NCBI GenBank assembly: GCA_951406725.2
Contig: OX597816.1
Span: forward strand, 109,616,001-109,680,000
DNA: 64,000 bases
Source of the DNA: Octopus vulgaris
Taxonomy: Eukaryota
Direction of reading: 5' to 3'
The notes beneath the pieces were generated by a model. It had not been told where the DNA came from. It worked only from the letters and a program-made list of their open reading frames with translations, and did not search any database. The position numbers and the translations under genes are program-made. Below, one piece after another: positions 13,756 through 28,155 of this stretch (its first letter is position 1; the number at the start of each line of letters is the position of its first letter).

Positions 13756-13940
13756 TGTTTAAAAAGGTAGACTAATATTTTCTATTAGACCCAGCATTTT
13801 CCTCTCGAAATACCTTTTTGCTAAATAACCCCTTGAAGCACTTTGAAAATACATAATGCTTGTGAGATGTTTGTCAATATTTGTATGATTAGAAAAAGGC
13901 AGTTGCTTTAACATAGGTTGTAACATTTCAAAGGGTTTTC
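13756..13940 (+). repeat. Local direct repeat, copy B
   Basis: Aligns by eye with 10866-11050. Confidence 0.8.
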
Positions 13941-14708
13941 ACAAATGCCTAGATATTTACGCATTTCTAGATTTAAAAAATCATATTTATATTAGATATG
14001 CACATGCACTAAAACATGTTTATAGTTTATTTGGAAAAGGCATACAGAATAAACAACACAAACACCAAAGCATAGCACATATACTAATGAGCACAAGCAT
14101 TTTCACATCTTTACCTGTAGGCATTTATATACCTGTGTTCAGCACACGGATCTTTACTTACCTTCTCACAAGAAAACAAAATTAAATTTGTGCATGCGCA
14201 CGTTAATCTCAACACAATTCCATATGCAAACAACACAGACACAGGCATAGAGTTGAGAACTCACAGGTCAAAAATGTGATTCAGATTACACAGGTATACA
14301 CATGCAATCAAAAGATATCGCAGTATAAGCTGCATACGCAAGCACATCAAACATATATTCATGAATAATTGCACACAAGCGCACAAGCATTCAGATATGT
14401 CGCATGTACACGCATCTACACCTACGAAATACGCACACATCTACGGATATACATCGAACCTAGCACAAATTCCAAACACGCCTATATTTTGCTATGCGCT
14501 AATATTTAACCACGGTATACACCATACATATGCATTAGCATTAGCAACTACCCTGCACTCTAAACCATATCGAAAAGACACTGAATGTGACTCAAACACC
14601 GACTCTTAACCACATAACATCCCGCGAGGCTGCTTCATTGATAGGAACCATTAGAAAGCAACATACTTTCCATCCCTCCTCCTTTTCTTAATTCTTCCCT
14701 TTCTCCAG

Positions 14709-14783
<75 letters not shown>

Positions 14784-15102
14784 ATGTGTGTGTGTATACG
14801 CACGCGCGTGTATCTCTCTGTCTGTCTACTTGTCTGCCTCTCTCTCTCTATATATATATATATTCATATGTATATATATAAATATATGTATATATATATG
14901 CTTATATATGTATATACACGTAAAAAATAAAGATTTGAATGGTACAGCAATGCATTATAATATAGACAATGGGCTATTAACCTGTTGTAATTTAGTCATG
15001 CATTGTCTAATATGATATTTCGGAATAATATTCCTTCTACAGATATTCTTAGATGGAGTCGCTGCTATAATATGTGTGTATATATATGTATATATATATG
15101 TA

Positions 15103-16323
<1,221 letters not shown>

Positions 16324-16341
16324 CATATATACACACACACT

Positions 16342-16387
<46 letters not shown>

Positions 16388-16460
16388 CATAATAAATATT
16401 AGGGAATAAATCCAAATAGTGGTTTTGTCTCTAATAATATTATATATATATATACATATA

Positions 16461-16658
16461 TATTGCATAAAGAATCATGGTTAAGGCCAGTAGATTGTGA
16501 AGTAAATGCAAGGCAAATCACAAGAAGGGCATGGGGTCATAAACTCGAAATATTGAATGCAAGGTAAGTCTACATTAATTCATATATTTGCTTTCTTGTG
16601 ATTTACCTTGCATTTAACTCGCATTGTTCTGGCCTTACCTATGATCCCTTATACAATA
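16461..16658. mobile_element. Short fold-back/MITE-like element between (TA)n arrays
   Basis: tattgcataaagaatcatggttaaggccag...aaatgcaaggcaaatcacaagaa pairs with ttcttgtgatttaccttgcattt...ctggccttacctatgatcccttatacaata. Confidence 0.75.
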
Positions 16659-16691
16659 TATATATATATACATATATATATATACATATGT

Positions 16692-16733
<42 letters not shown>

Positions 16734-16759
16734 GTACACACACACATACATATATACGT

Positions 16760-17136
16760 CCCTGTACCATGTAACATTGTCGGCGCAATCACGTCCTCAT
16801 GCACAACTTTTTATCTCTCAGCATACTTTTCACAATTCCAATTATCTTACTCCTACGTCACTGTATTTCCCACTTCCTCAGCCAACGCACATCCGCTATC
16901 AACTCCTCTAACATCTCACAACTTATACTCACATCCATCCTACCAGCCATTTCATCTCTCGAACATCTTATCATCTTACTCTTAGCTACTTTCACTTTCA
17001 GTTCCCTCCTCTCACACACTCTTCCAAACTCTACAACCAGTTTCCTCAGTTGCTCTTCCGAATCCGGCACCGGTGCTGTATCATCAGTAAATAACAACTG
17101 ACTCACCTGCCATTTCTCTCGATTTTCTCCCACCAT
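16760..17136 (-). mobile_element. Non-LTR retrotransposon RT fragment (RTE-like)
   Basis: ORF 16858-17136: VSQLLFTDDTA (FADD motif), DSEEQLRKLVVEFGRVCERRELKVKVAKSKMI (RT domains 5-6). Confidence 0.8.
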
Positions 17137-17139
17137 TGT

Positions 17140-17935
17140 TGGGAAAGCGTTTCAAAATGCCGCGCTGTATTATAATAATAACAATGCATTAAGAAACTGG
17201 ATTCTTGGAGAACATCCGGTATAGTAAAAAACAACTAATAATAATAAAACGCATAGCACAAGAACTGGGGCAGTTTTGTGCTTTTATCCGACATTTAACA
17301 TTGCCGTAATAACAGATATAGGCAGGGAATTCTTAAAACTAGTTTCCAAGCACTTTCAAGCAAATCATAAGTTCTATAGAATTTTTGATAAGAGAAAGCT
17401 GAAGGTTAACTATTCTTGTTGCAAGAGCTTCGCCTCTTTATTTAATCAGTTCAACGCAAAAATCATGAGAACTAACCACAGTGCTGGAAATAATAATAAG
17501 AGTTGTAATTATAAAGAACAAAGTTACTGTCCGTTTGAAGGAAATTGTCTAGAGAAAAGAATAGTATGTAGAGCTCAGGTGCAAATAGATGGCTCACAAG
17601 AATACAAGACACATACAGGAGCTTCGGAAAATTCCTTCAGGACTAGATTATATTCCTATCGAAATTCATTTCGATACCCTGAAAATAGGATAGCAACGAG
17701 TCGCAATAAATATGTCAGCCAATTGAAAGAGAATGATGACCGTCCTTTCAAAATTAGCTGGACAATCTGGGGAAAGCAGTACCATATAAGCATGGAGCAT
17801 ATAGAGGCCCAATGACGCGTAATGTGCCTAACTGAAAAGTCTTTCATCCTGTTCCACGATAAATATGCACTGACCCAAAGACGGAGGCATTTAAATTCCT
17901 GCAGACACGCAGCGAAGTATAAAATGTCAAGTAAA
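17140..17935 (+). mobile_element. Penelope-like element, 3' part (GIY-YIG), second copy, inverted relative to 9320-10200
   Basis: ORF 17276-17815: FYPTFNIAV, IGREFLKLVSKHF, LKVNYSCCKS, CPFEGNCLEKRIVCRAQV, HTGASENSFRTRLYS; colinear with the minus-strand copy. Confidence 0.9.
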
Positions 17936-19532
17936 AAAATACGGTACGGGTAATATTGACTTTCGCATTTGAATTCCACTTTTGCATCTACACACCGGCA
18001 ACATTTAGTATAATATACATTTTACATTTTCGCCTTTCATGAAAACCTTCGACTAGACACAAACTATATATGTTAATTTTTATTTTATTTTTATTTTTAT
18101 CATCTCTATTTTCATTTATTTCTTGTAACTATTACTTTTAAATGCACCTTTTTCAAACATATGATTGTTTTTTCCATTGCACTTTAGCCCATAAAGTAGC
18201 TCTTAACGTTGATTTTGTAATGCATGTATAAGTGTTTAACATCACCCAAAACATGTTTTAAATATATCGAATACCTGAATGTATTTTTAGTATTTAAAAA
18301 ATTTTTTTATCAATGTCTTTTATTATTTTATTATTATTATTACCTAATTATTTTACTTTCATTGTATTTATTTGTCATTATTATTTTAGTGAGCTGGATA
18401 AGATATTCAGCGATATTTCACCAGTTGCTAAGTTTCTGATTTAAATTTCGCCGACTCAAAATTTTACTAATTTTCAAAATTATATTGCACAAAATATTTT
18501 TAGCAATTAAATTTTAAAATTATAATAGATTTTATTAAATACACACCTCTGCAATTGTTCCTTCTTTCAATATTTTTTATTTTTATTTATTTTTATTCTA
18601 TTTCTATTCTTATATTAATATTCAATACAGCACATACACAGTTGTGAATATATACGTATGCGAATATATGTATTGCGTCTGTATGTTTATGTATATATGT
18701 ATGTAGATATAAATGTATATACATATGTGTTTGTATATGTTTATATGTATATATGTATGTATTTTTGTGGGTATGTTTTTACAAATCTATTTATATGTGT
18801 GCATATACGGGCTAGACTTTACACACACGAAGGTATTACTGTATCTTATCTTTTCTTAGGAACGCTGTTTTCATTTCTCTTTCTCTCTTCTCTCCCCACT
18901 ACTAATTATTCCGATTCTTTGTCATCTCTTTTCTTTTTCTCTTTTTCTAATTATCAAGGACAAAGTTGTATATTAGAAACATTTTAGCACATACGCACAG
19001 GGACACATTGCGTGTATATAAGTGTGTAGATATCTATGTATACATTAGTAAATATATTCATATTAATATTTGCCTGTATATGTTTGTATATATGAATGTA
19101 TCAGATTTTCTACATATTAGCGTACACATGTATACATGTTTTTAGTGTGTGCATTTATGAATGGATTTATGTATGCGTTTGTATGTGAATGATGTGTGTC
19201 GATATATTTTTCTATTTTCATGCTTTTAGATTTTCTGTAAATGAATATTTTATTATAAACAGACGCACATTTTAATTGAACTTATTTTAACATTAATTAA
19301 TTTACTCTGGACATGTATGTTTTTCCTTCTAAACTAAAATTTATTTTTGATTTAAGGTTTTCTTCGATTTTACACAATGTGATATTTAATTTTACATCAC
19401 CGTTTCTTAAAAAAAAACCCCGTTATTTGAAGCAACCGATAAAATGAAACCAACTGCAAATGCGTATCTGTCAATGTAAATTGTACACGATATTAATTCA
19501 TATAACCTTGATTCTTTACCATTCTTAATTAC

Positions 19533-19565
19533 AACTGTCCGACGAACGGGAACGTGAAATTTTTT
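19533..19565 (+). ncRNA. Hammerhead-like motif (CCGACGA core), stem III decayed
   Basis: aactgt-CCGACGA-ACG-ggaa-CGT-GAAA-ttttttt; homologous to 7905-7946; followed by the tail 19575-19678 shared with 3881-3985. Confidence 0.45.
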
Positions 19566-19718
19566 TGTGATATTTTTGTGATGATTTTGCAGTTTTAATG
19601 ATAAAGCATATTAATCTGTCTCCGGTATTCCAATACTATTTTTTCCCACCTTGTTTCAGATGTATGTGTTTGCTCTGTCGTGCACACACACACGAACTTA
19701 TGCGCGCGCACACACACA

Positions 19719-19797
<79 letters not shown>

Positions 19798-20100
19798 TCC
19801 TTTTTCTTTTCTTTTCTTTTTTTCCTTTCTACGATCCCTTTTGATCGAAAACCTACCCCATTTTTTTTTCCCCAAAAGAAAAGCACTACTTTGTAAGTTG
19901 TCCCGTCTGTGCCCAGCCCTGTGTGGCTAATAAAGAAATATATCTGTCCGTCTGTCTGTCTATCTATATGCATGTGTGTATGTATGCGTCTGTATATACA
20001 TATACACATATATACACACGCACAGACAAATACACAGAGATACGGACAGGGAGACAGATACACAGACACACACACAAACACACACACATATATATATACA

Positions 20101-20159
<59 letters not shown>

Positions 20160-23100
20160 ATATATATACACATTCACGCATATTCGCGCGCACAAACAGA
20201 GATACGTACACGCCCATATGTGTGTTTGTGCGTTCGAAAATAAATAGCATTCTATACAAAATGTCACTAGACAATAGTTTATTTCAAAGCTTGTTTACTC
20301 GCAATTTAACCCCGATTGTCTGTAGGGATATATAGATGTCATCACATTGCTCTACTGAAACAGTTTTTCATGTGTAAATCCTGATAACATGTAAACAGTG
20401 TTTCGATCTAATATGAAATATTGTTCCAGAAGACTGCCTTATCAGGTGATGTATTATCTTACATTTTTTGTTTGTATTTGTTATGTTTTGTCTCTCCCGT
20501 CAGTTTCGATTGAGTACGTTCCTATTGTTGCGAGTATCAAGTTGAATTAAACCATTAAAAACAAAAACTACAAATCCAACATCTCATAATAGTAATTGAT
20601 TAATATTGGCTATATTTTTTAATACGAGTTGCTCACATGAAGAAGGGTGGTGAATAGCCTCTGACCTTTTGTCGTAGCTCTGACAGTGATATAAAGAAAG
20701 GAAAAGATAAACAATGAATGATATGTTTGTAATGTAGGGGTCAAAATATAAAGACATCGAGTTATTTCTATGTTGGAGATCGCATCCGAATGCTTTCAAA
20801 CAATATTCTTAACTAAAAGGATCGAATGTCTAAGTGAGGTAGTCTGTTGATAAAACTAAAATCTATCACCAAACAAATATTTTGTCAAATCGATGTTGCT
20901 GTCTATACCATTTTTTGTCACAAGGCCTAGGAGGTTTCGAGATTATCTTAGAAAATATTTGCTTTAGGTAGCGTTCGACCCTGGAATCATTGTACGGTGA
21001 ACCGAATTCACATCATCAAGGCATTTGAAATCTCATTCCCGTCTTGAAATTCAAGGGGTGTATGGGTGATCGAGTTGATGAAGTGCTGCACAACCCAGCT
21101 AAATAATGCTGTTTTAGGGCTTCTCACTAATATTCTGGTATATGATTAACTACGGGACTTAAAGACGCCAATATTCACAATTTAATAGGTTGAAAGTAGG
21201 TTTCATAATTTAGTACGCCTCAATGCTCTTTCATCTATTTCATTCTATTCTTTTACGATATTTAGTCATTTACTTGTTGCCAGCTTGACGAACAGACATT
21301 ATGATTATAGTCGGTTATGTCGACCTCAACATTTACTTTAAACATCCCAGTAACTTGGAAGGCAAATTGGATCTTGGTGGTATTTGAACTTAAACTTTAA
21401 TAGTCGTATCTAAAAACTACAAGGAATTCTCTCGAATCCCCACCGAATTTTGCAACGACTCATGTGTTATGACTTGCAATTTTAATGAAAACTATCTACG
21501 TTGAAGAATCAGGAGACTCTACTGTCGGCACGTTGTTCTCTCTCAACCACCCACCCACCCAAAATGGAAAGATGATATGTTGGATGCTCGACTTTGAACT
21601 CGTAGACACTGATCCTTTACGTTCCAGAATTTTTTGTAACACTACATGACGTGTGTCGATAAATGAATTCCAGTCTATAAAATATAAACAGCTTCTTCGG
21701 TTGATATAATCGACTATGTTACAATAAACAGCTGTGTCTCAGCATGGCAGCCATACGAAAAATGTTTCCAACTACAATAATGACACCCTACACTGAGTAA
21801 TAAATATAAAAAAAGAACTTTAGAAACATGCAGTTTTGGAGAGAAAACAATTGTAAAGATTATAGATAATACGACATAAGATGTATGACAAAATAAACTG
21901 AGCTGGTTAACTATAATTAATATATATGTTGGATGGTACACGGTAAGAATTGTCCAGATAACCGATAGCTGTTACTACGGAAATATTACACAATGGAGAA
22001 AATATTGATCTTATAGTTAGAAGGCTAGCAGTGCGTTGGTGATTAATGACTAGAAAGTGTAGGAATTTTCAACATTCATCATCAATGTTAACAAGGATAT
22101 ATTATTCTTACAAGTAAAATTTTTCAGGCAATTCCCTTCATAGTAAAGAGGAAAATATTTAAATATTTACATATACATTTGTATTAGATCCTTTACGTGT
22201 ACATATAAACTGACTAGACGATCGTTACAAGTTAGTGAAAAGTAACTACATAGAACAATAGTTTAATAGATAAGAACATTCCCACACGTAAGATTGGATG
22301 TAAAATGTCCAAGTTTGAATCCAGTCGAGTCACCTGTTGACGACCGGCAATGAAAAATATCGAAATGTTTTGTAGATGCATGATTAATAGTCTGAAAATT
22401 ATTAACACATTAAGAATAATAATTCATCTCCGGTATTTATATATTTAGTTATAACACAGCAAAATGGTACGGATGTAATATAGTGACGTCATTAATCGAC
22501 AAGGACATATATAAGGATTCCCCCAAGGAAAAAGAAAAATCTAAAAATAGAAAGTAAAAAAAATCCAGATAAGTTGCAATATATCTTTTTTCTCAAAATT
22601 CACATTGCATATTATAATAGTAATTCCTTTAAAACTGACAGGTAAAATCAATGAACATGTTTTGGTCTATTTTGTCCTCATCAGTAAAATTGCACAATTC
22701 CCTTGACAGGACTAAGACTATATAGAGACACACAGAATGCTCATTGCTGACATTTGGCGTCAGTGACGCTAAATATCAGCGATATATTAGGAAGGAAAAT
22801 ACATGAAATGAAAGTTCTATACTGAATATATGTTAATATAGTAAGTTGAAAAAGTGCGATCTGCTCACACTATGCTTTGCTTATAAAATTTCAGTTAAAA
22901 AAAGCTAAGAAAAACAACCTCTGTTAAATAACTTTAAACATTTTATAAAACTCTGTATACATAGAAAAATCTAGTCTTCTCAACAAATTAGAATTAGGGG
23001 ATACATTACACCACATGATTAGCAATAATTCAATGCATAATTTATAGGTCTATTCTGTTATACAGTTTAACATAAAAGCTTACGATCAATAATTACAGAT

Positions 23101-23619
23101 ATAACGGCAACCATTCTTGAATGTGATGTTAAGTATTATCACTATCTGCTTCATTATAATTATCCTCATTATTACAACAGATTTCGCAGTTCAAATCACA
23201 TCTGTGGGGATGAATTTATTTGGTTTTGTGTTATCCTTGGATTGTTGGTAATAATAGGTTACAATCAAACATTGGTAATCGATTGCATCGATTGCGCCCA
23301 CTCACAAAATATATGAAATAATTAAAAGAAAATCTTTTCATCATTAAAACAGACAGATGGATTAGCAAACTCAGTAGAGCATCGGAAGGAATACCTTATA
23401 TTATTTGTTCTGTCTCATTATCGAAGTCAACGTTAGTTTTGCATTTCATCCTTTCAGGAGTGATAAAATATCGATATAATCAACTAACAGTTCTTTGAAA
23501 ATTGCTGGTCTTGTACATAAATTAGAAATAATTGCATTTTATAACAACAATAACAATAATAATAATAATCCTTTCTATTATAGTCAAATTTGGTGGAGGG
23601 GATAGTCGATTACATCAAC

Positions 23620-24480
23620 CCAGTTTGGCAAACGGCGACCTCACCTGTTCACCGTTTAAGCAGAATATCTGGAGATGCCGCAGCCTCAGCGCATGTCTGC
23701 ACATCATTAGCCACGGCATGCCCAGCCCTCCGTGTAGAGTATGTTGACAGCAGAAGACCGCTTCAGAGATGTAATCTGTCCCCTCCACAGGAATTTGTAG
23801 AGGAGGTGCACTAACTTGGTGAGGCACGATCGGGGACAAGACACGACGGTCGAGCGGTAATAGATGACAGGCGCGATGTACGCATTCGTCACCTCCGCTC
23901 GATCTTTCAGTGATAGATTCCTCCAAGTCCATTTCTCAGTGAGACTGGCTACCTTGCTCGTCACCTCGTCCCAGTTCTTATACAAGTGGAGGTCTGGTCT
24001 GAACCAGACCCCAACCAAATTTACCGTTCAGTCCGTCCAGCGCTCAACGACGCTGTTCGACGATATGGACTTGCCTCTCCAGATGGCGAGCTGCAAGCCC
24101 ACTGACTTTTCCGGGTTAAGTTTTGCTCCCGTCAATTTTCATATTCCTTCAATTATGTGCCGACCACCTCGATTTCTGAGGTGTCCGACATCACGGTGAT
24201 GTCGTGGTCCGCATACGCCAACACAGGTCTCCCGCGTCCTGGTTTGAGTGGAATGCCATGCAGCAGCTCTAGCTTCCGCAGTAAAGGCTCAAGAGTAAAT
24301 GCGTACAGAAGGGAGGAGAGCGGGCACACTTGACAGACTGATCGGGAGATGGCCATTAATTTTGACCACCGAGCAGATACCTCTGTACATTGCAGCGATC
24401 TAAACATTAGCCACAGAGAATAATCTCTAATTAGAGCCCTCTCTAAGCTACTAAGAATGCGTGTGGCAACTTGAAGATCC
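23620..24480 (-). mobile_element. Tx1/L1-clade LINE RT fragment, degraded
   Basis: SVCQVCPLSSLLYAFTLEPLLRKL (QGCPLSP motif), LAYAD.D, KNWDEV...WTWRNLSLKDRAEVTN, YKFLWRG, EGW; typical of the Tx1 RT C-terminal region. Confidence 0.85.
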
Positions 24481-24629
24481 ACCCACCACGCACGAAATCT
24501 ACGTTGTTATCCTCATTCCGTGGCTTTTAACGGGTGGAGAGCTGAATCATCCTGGGGTACAAAGCATTCACAATCTAGACTCGGGTCTGAAAGTTTACCA
24601 CACGATAGTAGGTTACACCATGGTTCCTC

Positions 24630-24800
24630 TGATTGGGGCAGAAGTAGAAAGAAAGAGTGAGAGAAAGTTGTGGTGAAAGAGTACAGTTGGAAATCGTGGT
24701 GTTTTTGCTCAATAACCACTCACAATGCCCGGTGTGGGAATCAAACAACGTTCTTACGATCGCAAGTCCGCTGCCCTGACCACTGAGCCATTACACCTCC
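24630..24800 (-). mobile_element. tRNA-derived SINE, 3'-truncated copy of the family at 46834
   Basis: Reverse complement gives ggaggtgtaatggctcagtggtcagggcagcggac...gtttgattcccacaccgggcattgtgagtg...ctgtactctttcaccacaactttctctcactc. Confidence 0.85.
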
Positions 24801-24880
24801 ACTATTGCTACTGTTACCGTTGTTGTTGTCGTTCTTGTCGATGTTGCTATTGTCGTTATTGTTGTTGCTATCGTTACAGT

Positions 24881-25156
24881 CACCTCGGCGGAATTTGAAC
24901 TCAGAACGTAGCGGCAGACGAAATACCTATTTGTTTACTACCCACAAGGGGCTAAACACAGAGGGAACAAACAAGGACAGACAAACGGATTAAGTCAATT
25001 ACATCGACCCCAGTGCGTAACTGATACTTAATTTATCGACCCCGAATGGATGAAAGGCAAAGTCGACCTCGGCGAAATTTGAACTCAGAACGTAACGACA
25101 GACAAAATACGGCTACGCATTTCGCCTGGCGTGCTAACGTTTCTGTCAGCTCGCCC
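24881..25156 (-). mobile_element. SINE (second family): full monomer plus start of a tandem internal unit
   Basis: Reverse complement of the 45645-46057 sequence (ggcgagctgacagaaacgttagcacgccaggcgaaatgcgtagccgta...ggggtcgataaattaagta...). Confidence 0.9.
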
Positions 25157-25159
25157 CTT

Positions 25160-25198
25160 ATCATCATCATCAGCAACAACAACAGCAACAACAACAAC

Positions 25199-25232
<34 letters not shown>

Positions 25233-25255
25233 TAATAATAATAATAATAATAATG

Positions 25256-25324
<69 letters not shown>

Positions 25325-25355
25325 TTCACAATAATAATGATGATTATGATGATAA
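25160..25355. repeat. (AAT)n/(CAA)n trinucleotide microsatellite
   Basis: Long aataataat run; others at 44830-45070 and 49805-49943. Confidence 0.95.
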
Positions 25356-25652
25356 TCATGAGAATAAAAGCAGTAGCTTATCATTAAACTATAACATTTG
25401 CACGCAGCATATCAGGTTACCGTCCTTTTTGACACCCAATACAGAATTAACATAAGAGAAAAAAAATGTAAGCATAATCGTTCATTATAATATATTTCAT
25501 CTGTAGATCTAAAGCAAAAGGATTGTATACACGCTCTCTCTCTCACATACATACGCACAAAAAAAAAAAAATAGGAAAAGTGAGAGGGAATGAAGTAGTG
25601 AAAACTGAGAGAAACACACAAACACACACAGTGACAAATTGTCACTCAAGAT

Positions 25653-25735
<83 letters not shown>

Positions 25736-25929
25736 GTATACATATTATAAGGAAATGAAGAAACAAGAATATTATTACTAAAAGTTAGTCTCGCTGAAAG
25801 AAAGCAGGATGAGAACATGAAAGAAAAATTTAAGATATTGAATAACATCGAGAAAAATGCAAATGATGAAGAACGGAGAAATACACACACAGACACATAG
25901 ACACACGCTCACATGTGTCTGCATTTCTA

Positions 25930-26062
<133 letters not shown>

Positions 26063-26757
26063 ATGCATTCATATACATGCATACATTCATACAAACATGC
26101 ATTCGGACATACATATAATATATTCCTACACATATACAGATACACGCAGACTCAGACACACATGCATATATGTATGTAGGGAAGAAAGATAAATTCGAAC
26201 AAAGAAACGAAGAATTTTAGAAAATAAATGTAAGTAGAAAAAGAAACCTGGAAAAAAGTGAAGAAAATACAGATGAAGAAAGCATCTATGAGTGAATAAA
26301 AGAATACCGGGAAGCTGATATGAAATGTAAGAAAAAATGTTCAACCTTTGATAGTTTTTAGCATCCTTTATCTCAGACACATTTAATATTCTAATATTTA
26401 GCTATAGGCTGATAACTAACAATTTCTAAGGCTAAACTTTCATAAACCATGCAGTGAATAGAATATTCAATATATAATCTCAATGCTAAGATTCCAATAG
26501 ATCATTCAATATGATAGCGAATTTCGGTTGATCTTTTGATTACGTATGTAAGTACTTCACACAAGCAGTTACATACATACATAGATACAAATAAACACGC
26601 ACGAAAAATACACATACTTCAAACACAAAATTTAAATACACATATTGTATACACACTCACACACATACGCACACAGACACACAAACACGCAGACTGGCGT
26701 ATAGAGGATTAATAACATTTTCAGCATGTATTTTCTTTTCTAAAGAATATATATGTA

Positions 26758-26799
<42 letters not shown>

Positions 26800-27304
26800 G
26801 AATTTCAGGAAACTCAAAAGTGAAAGAATAAAATATTCTGTAATTTAAAGCCTATCTAGATAAATTTTTTTCTTTTTTTTTGTCGGATTTTCAAAAAAGT
26901 AGCTTTAGCATTTTTTTTTATGCAATGCTGTTTTATTTCATGCTAGAAAACTTCAGAATTATCCGAGGATTATATAGTTCAAATATTACCGTGGCTAAAA
27001 TTATTATTACTTTGCAAAAATGGTTCGACATCAAACCGAAATATGAACTTTACAATATATAATTATGTCACTTTATATTTCGAACACGATTTCTGCAGCA
27101 ACACCCCAAAGTCAGCCTTGCTCATAAAAGTACACTATATACAATAAATATGAATACCAGTAATTTACTTGGAGATATATTGGTTTGTTTTATACACTCG
27201 CGTGAAAAAGTAGCTATTGCACCATGTTGAAACAAGATTTTACTGTGTTGTATTTACTGCTAGAATGTTATTTATATTGCTATTTTAAAAGTTTTTATTA
27301 ATAA

Positions 27305-27510
27305 CGGTTTCCAATTTTGGCACATGGCCGGCAATTGTGTGGGAGGGAGCAAGCCGATGACATCGATCCCGGTTTTCAACTGGCACTTATTTTATCGACC
27401 TCGAAAGCGCGAAAGTCAAAGTCGACCTTGACGGATTTTGAACTCAGAACGTAAAGACGGAGGAAAAACCGCTAAGCATTTTACCCGACGTTCTAACGAT
27501 TCTGCTTACT
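27305..27510 (-). mobile_element. SINE, diverged relative of the second family
   Basis: cttattttatcgacctcgaaagcgcgaaagtcaaagtcgaccttgacggattttgaactcagaacgtaaagacgg...ctaacgattctgc. Confidence 0.75.
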
Positions 27511-27961
27511 GCTACACTAAGTATTTCTTAACATTATTAAATGTTAAAGTCATGACTAATACAAACATATAATTATAGATTTCTATTTTTACTAGTTAAA
27601 CCCATTTAGTGTATTTGGTAAGTGGATTATTCACAGTAAGACAATTTCAGTTGTCCTCCCGGAAAAGAATATTTGAGGGAGGTTCATCTTGTCAAAGAGC
27701 ATCTGAATTGGAGTACTGTTAGAAAGTAGTTAGGAATGTAAGCTCACTTTCAAATATCATAGATTTTGCACGCACACGCACACACACGTGTATATCTGTA
27801 TGTACATATCTGTGTGTAAATATATATATATATGTGTGTGTGTGAGTGTGTGTGTGTGCGGGCGTGTGTGAACGCGTCTGTATAGGAAAATATATATACG
27901 TTATATATTATAATAATATATATACGCATTATATATTATTTCTTTGTTGTATGTAAGCTTA

Positions 27962-28155
27962 AAGCGTCGAACCAGAAGAATCGTTAGCACGTCAGGCAAA
28001 ATGCCTAGCGGTATTTCGTCCGTCTTTATGTTATGAGTACAAATACCGTTGAGGTTGATTTTATCGTTCAACCTGCTGGGTGTCAATAGAATAAGTACCA
28101 GTTGATCATTGAGGGTCGATGTAATCGACTTACCCCTCCCCTAAAATTGGAACCA
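27962..28155 (+). mobile_element. SINE, diverged relative of the second family
   Basis: agaatcgttagcacgtcaggcaaaatgcctagcggtatttcgtccgtc...ataagtaccagttgatcattgagggtcgatgtaatcgactta. More decayed copies at ~21330-21410, 23360-23530, 29335-29520, 40640-40760, 56250-56450, 58910-59040. Confidence 0.75.

Noticed and set aside
21719-21790. Minus-strand GVIIVVGNIFRMAAMLRH, resembling GPCR TM1
   Set aside because: Ends in a stop after 22 codons, no further helices found, and part resembles the dispersed gccatgctg repeat.
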